DNA of 38,106 nucleotides from Basidioascus undulatus (Eukaryota), in assembly GCA_000826855.1 (NCBI GenBank), contig JTLS01000044.1, positions 1 to 38,106 on the forward strand, in the 5' to 3' direction. The notes below the pieces were generated by a model. The model was not told where the DNA came from. It ran no database searches and saw nothing but the letters and a program-made list of their open reading frames with translations. Numbering within the stretch: position 1 is the stretch's first letter; every line of letters begins with the position of its first letter. This document shows, piece after piece, positions 35,700 to 38,106 of this stretch. The position numbers were made by a program, and so were the translations under genes.

Positions 35700-37242
35700 T
35701 CACAGCCTCGACCCCACCCAAGCCGTCAATCCCGCTGTGACGGCACTACTAACGACATTGACCTATCCCCATCCCATACATCCTTCTCAGCATCCTTCCC
35801 ACCCCCACCCCCCTTCTTTCCTCTTCCCTCTTCTCTCCAACGCACCTGTGTATTACTCAACACATCCCACCCGCTCACGACCTTCGCCTCCTTGTGCGAT
35901 CCCACATCGCTCAGATCCGTCAGGATCTTCCCCCTCTCCTTACTCAGCAGTGTGCGCTGCAACGTCGCGCCCAGAAGCGAATCCAACTACCCCCCTCCAC
36001 CCTTCAGCCTCCACCCTTCCTCCCTCCCTTCTTTTCCACTCACAAGGCTCCCAAACAACCCCGCCCCCGCTCCAAGCGCAACCAGCTGCAGCTGCGTCTC
36101 CCACCCCCGGGTGGAGCAAGCGGGGTTATCGAAAGCGAGCCCCAGAGAGGCGACGAGCCCGATGAGCGCCCCGCCCAAGAGAGAGAGCAAGGTGCCGAGG
36201 GGAGTTACGCCCCCGTTTGTGCCCGGCGGGACGGGGCGGAAGGTCGTTATGAGCCGTGGAGGGGTGCGGGAGAGGATGCCGAGCTGCAGGGGAGGGAGGT
36301 GTGAGCGGAGTGAAGGGGGAGCGGGAAGGGGAGAACATACTTCGGATGCAAGGGTGTCGGCGTTGCAGCAGGCGTAGTGCCTTTCATCGCAGGAGAGATC
36401 AGCATGCGGAGGGAAACTCAGGAGAGAAGAGACGTACCCCAACGCAAGCAGCACCAGCGTCCGGCTCCACGCGCTCCCATTGGGAGCAAGGTCGACCGCG
36501 CACCATGCCCCGCCGTCGGCAAACGGCCGCGCGCCGAACTTGGACAGTGTCGGGTGAGAGGGGTCGAGCTCGCCGGAGTGCAGCACCCGCCAGAGGAGGG
36601 AGGAGGCGGCGCCGAGGAGGGAGTTGGCGAAGACCTTGACGGGGCAGGGGGTGAGATGGGGTGGAGAGGGGAAGGGAGGTGGAGGACGAAGAGGGAGAAG
36701 AGGGATGGGGACGCACTTGGCTTGCGACGCGGTACCCGCCAACTTTGAGCGGGTCATGTCCGTCCTCGAGCTCCGCTTTCCGAGCAGCCTTGACCTGACC
36801 TCCTTCTCCCGTTCAGTCTCCCTCCCTTCCTCCCCACATCCGCATTTCAACGGCCCCCGCACCTTGGTCGCCCTGCTGCCCAGCAAATAGAAAACCAGCA
36901 GCATCCACCCAAAAGTACTCAGCGGCGTCGCAAGGCTGGCATATCCGACGGCAAACGCCGCGCCCGCGCCAGAGGGGGACAGCGAGCGCTTGCGGAGGCC
37001 ATGCAGGGCTAGAGCGCCCGCGAGGAGGAGCGCGAAAGGGTAGGGGTGCAGCGTGCGCAGGGCAGTGGAGGACAGTGCGACGAGCGGGGCGAGGTGCGAG
37101 GCGTGGAAATGCGCTGTGGAAGGAGGGAGGCAGTGAGTGGGGGAGAGGAGGGAAGGGGGAGGGGGATGGGGATGGGAGACGGACCGCGGGCGGTGTGTGC
37201 GAGGAGGAGGAGGAGAGGCGAGAGGGAGATGGGAGCCCACAT
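35700..37242 (-). CDS. TMEM19: DUF92 / TMEM19 integral membrane protein, multi-exon
   Basis: HGLRKRSLSPSGAGAAFAVG, LLVFYLLGSRATK, QVFANS, HYACCNADTLASELGILS, PRLITTFRPVPPGTNGGVTPLG, GSLLDSLLGATLQ, LSNTQVN. ATG 37242, TGA 35702-35700. Confidence 0.92.
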
Positions 37243-37454
37243 CTTGCTCGGCCGGAGACAGCGTTCAAGGGAGATGGTCGAGGGAGCTGGGCAAGGTGGC
37301 GGCGGAATCGAGAACAGTCAGGAGCGATGGCAGCCAGCAAGCTTAGCACGCGACGCGGACGTGTCGGCCGCTGAGCTCACTCGCTGGGACGTTGTCTTCT
37401 CCCTTCATCCTCAACGGCGTCCACCTTGCCACTTCTCTTTCACACTTTACGTAG

Positions 37455-38053
37455 TAACATTGCTGACGATCGCGCGTTCATCGGTCGTGCTCTGCAACAC
37501 CTCGATCGCATCAACCTCGGCGCGTCGTTCGGTGTGGAATCAGTTACCCCTGTACTCGAGCTCCCTGGCTTCAGCATCTTTCGAGAAGCGCTCCTGGGAT
37601 TGCTCGCTATCGTCGAGGTGAGTAGAAAATGAGTGAGATGCGATGGGCTGCCGAGGGACGAGAGTGCGCGGGGGCCGCGTAATGGTGTTGGGCTGGCACC
37701 AGTTCTCGACAGCGAGCCCGTCTTCTCGCTTCGAACCTCGCTCTCGCAATCAATCGCATTCACGAGGCCGAGCGCCAATCCCAGCGCACAGTCTGATAAC
37801 CTTACCCCTTTTCTAAATCTCTTTAGATCCCTGCTCTCCCGTTATCTGTCCCTCGGCCTGAGCTGTCTTTCTCGTTGAGCAACGTAAGCCTCCATACCTC
37901 CGGGCCACAACGCCAGTGCGGCGCTGACCCTCTCCCTCCAGAAGCATGTCCTCCCCACCCGCTCTCGCACCGGACTGCTCCACCGCCCCTCCCACAACCG
38001 ACGAAGCAATCCTCGCCGACTGGCTGCGCTCGCTCTCCACCGCTTCTACCACT
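37455..38053 (+). pseudogene. Possible decayed multi-exon gene of unknown family
   Basis: Exon-like NIADDRAFIGRALQHLDRINLGASFGVESVTPVLELPGFSIFREALLGLLAIVE ending at a GTGAGT donor, helical-looking RQRARLLASNLALAINRIHEAERQSQ, and a GTAAGC..CTGAC..CAG intron near 37884-37940. I could not build a continuous stop-free model. Confidence 0.3.
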
Positions 38054-38106
38054 AACCCGTGTAGACACTGCACCTTCTTACCTTCCATCACTTAAAACCC
38101 GAGGCT

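Noticed and set aside
35107..35740. Pro-rich plus-strand ORFs
   Set aside because: This is low-complexity C-rich sequence antisense to the TMEM19 3' region, with no independent evidence of coding.

Overview
This is intron-rich fungal genomic DNA, most likely from a basidiomycete (short GT-AG introns with GTGCGT/GTGAGT/GTAAGT donors and CTGAC/CTAAC branch points; taxon is inferred). The ORF track is therefore fragmentary, and I assembled gene models by hand. Apparently intact genes: a NAK-family kinase (Env7/STK16-like, 7205-9056 +); a 15-exon GPR1/FUN34/YaaH (Ato/Ady2-type) transporter that the ORF track does not show (9754-11502 +); tRNA dimethylallyltransferase MOD5 with two in-frame ATGs (13021-15137 -); class V myosin (15439-21812 -); DDB1 (25662-30340 +); a hemerythrin/HHE-domain protein (32700-34230 -); and TMEM19/DUF92 (35700-37242 -). 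COG4 starts cleanly at 22257 but stops after about 301 codons. It is followed by a relic-filled gap holding an inverted, frameshifted copy of the last two exons of the hemerythrin gene, which suggests a rearrangement breakpoint. Decayed genes lie between the core genes: a head-to-head pair of pseudogenised paralogues of an unrecognised family, two F-box-like genes, an RRM-like relic and other remnants. There is also a 23-bp minisatellite. I found no CRISPR array, rRNA, convincing tRNA or recognisable transposase, and I cannot support a new multi-gene system. The best leads are the truncated COG4 with its adjacent inverted duplication, the unknown paralogue pair, the His-substituted hemerythrin and an oscillating C-rich/G-rich skew inside the core genes.
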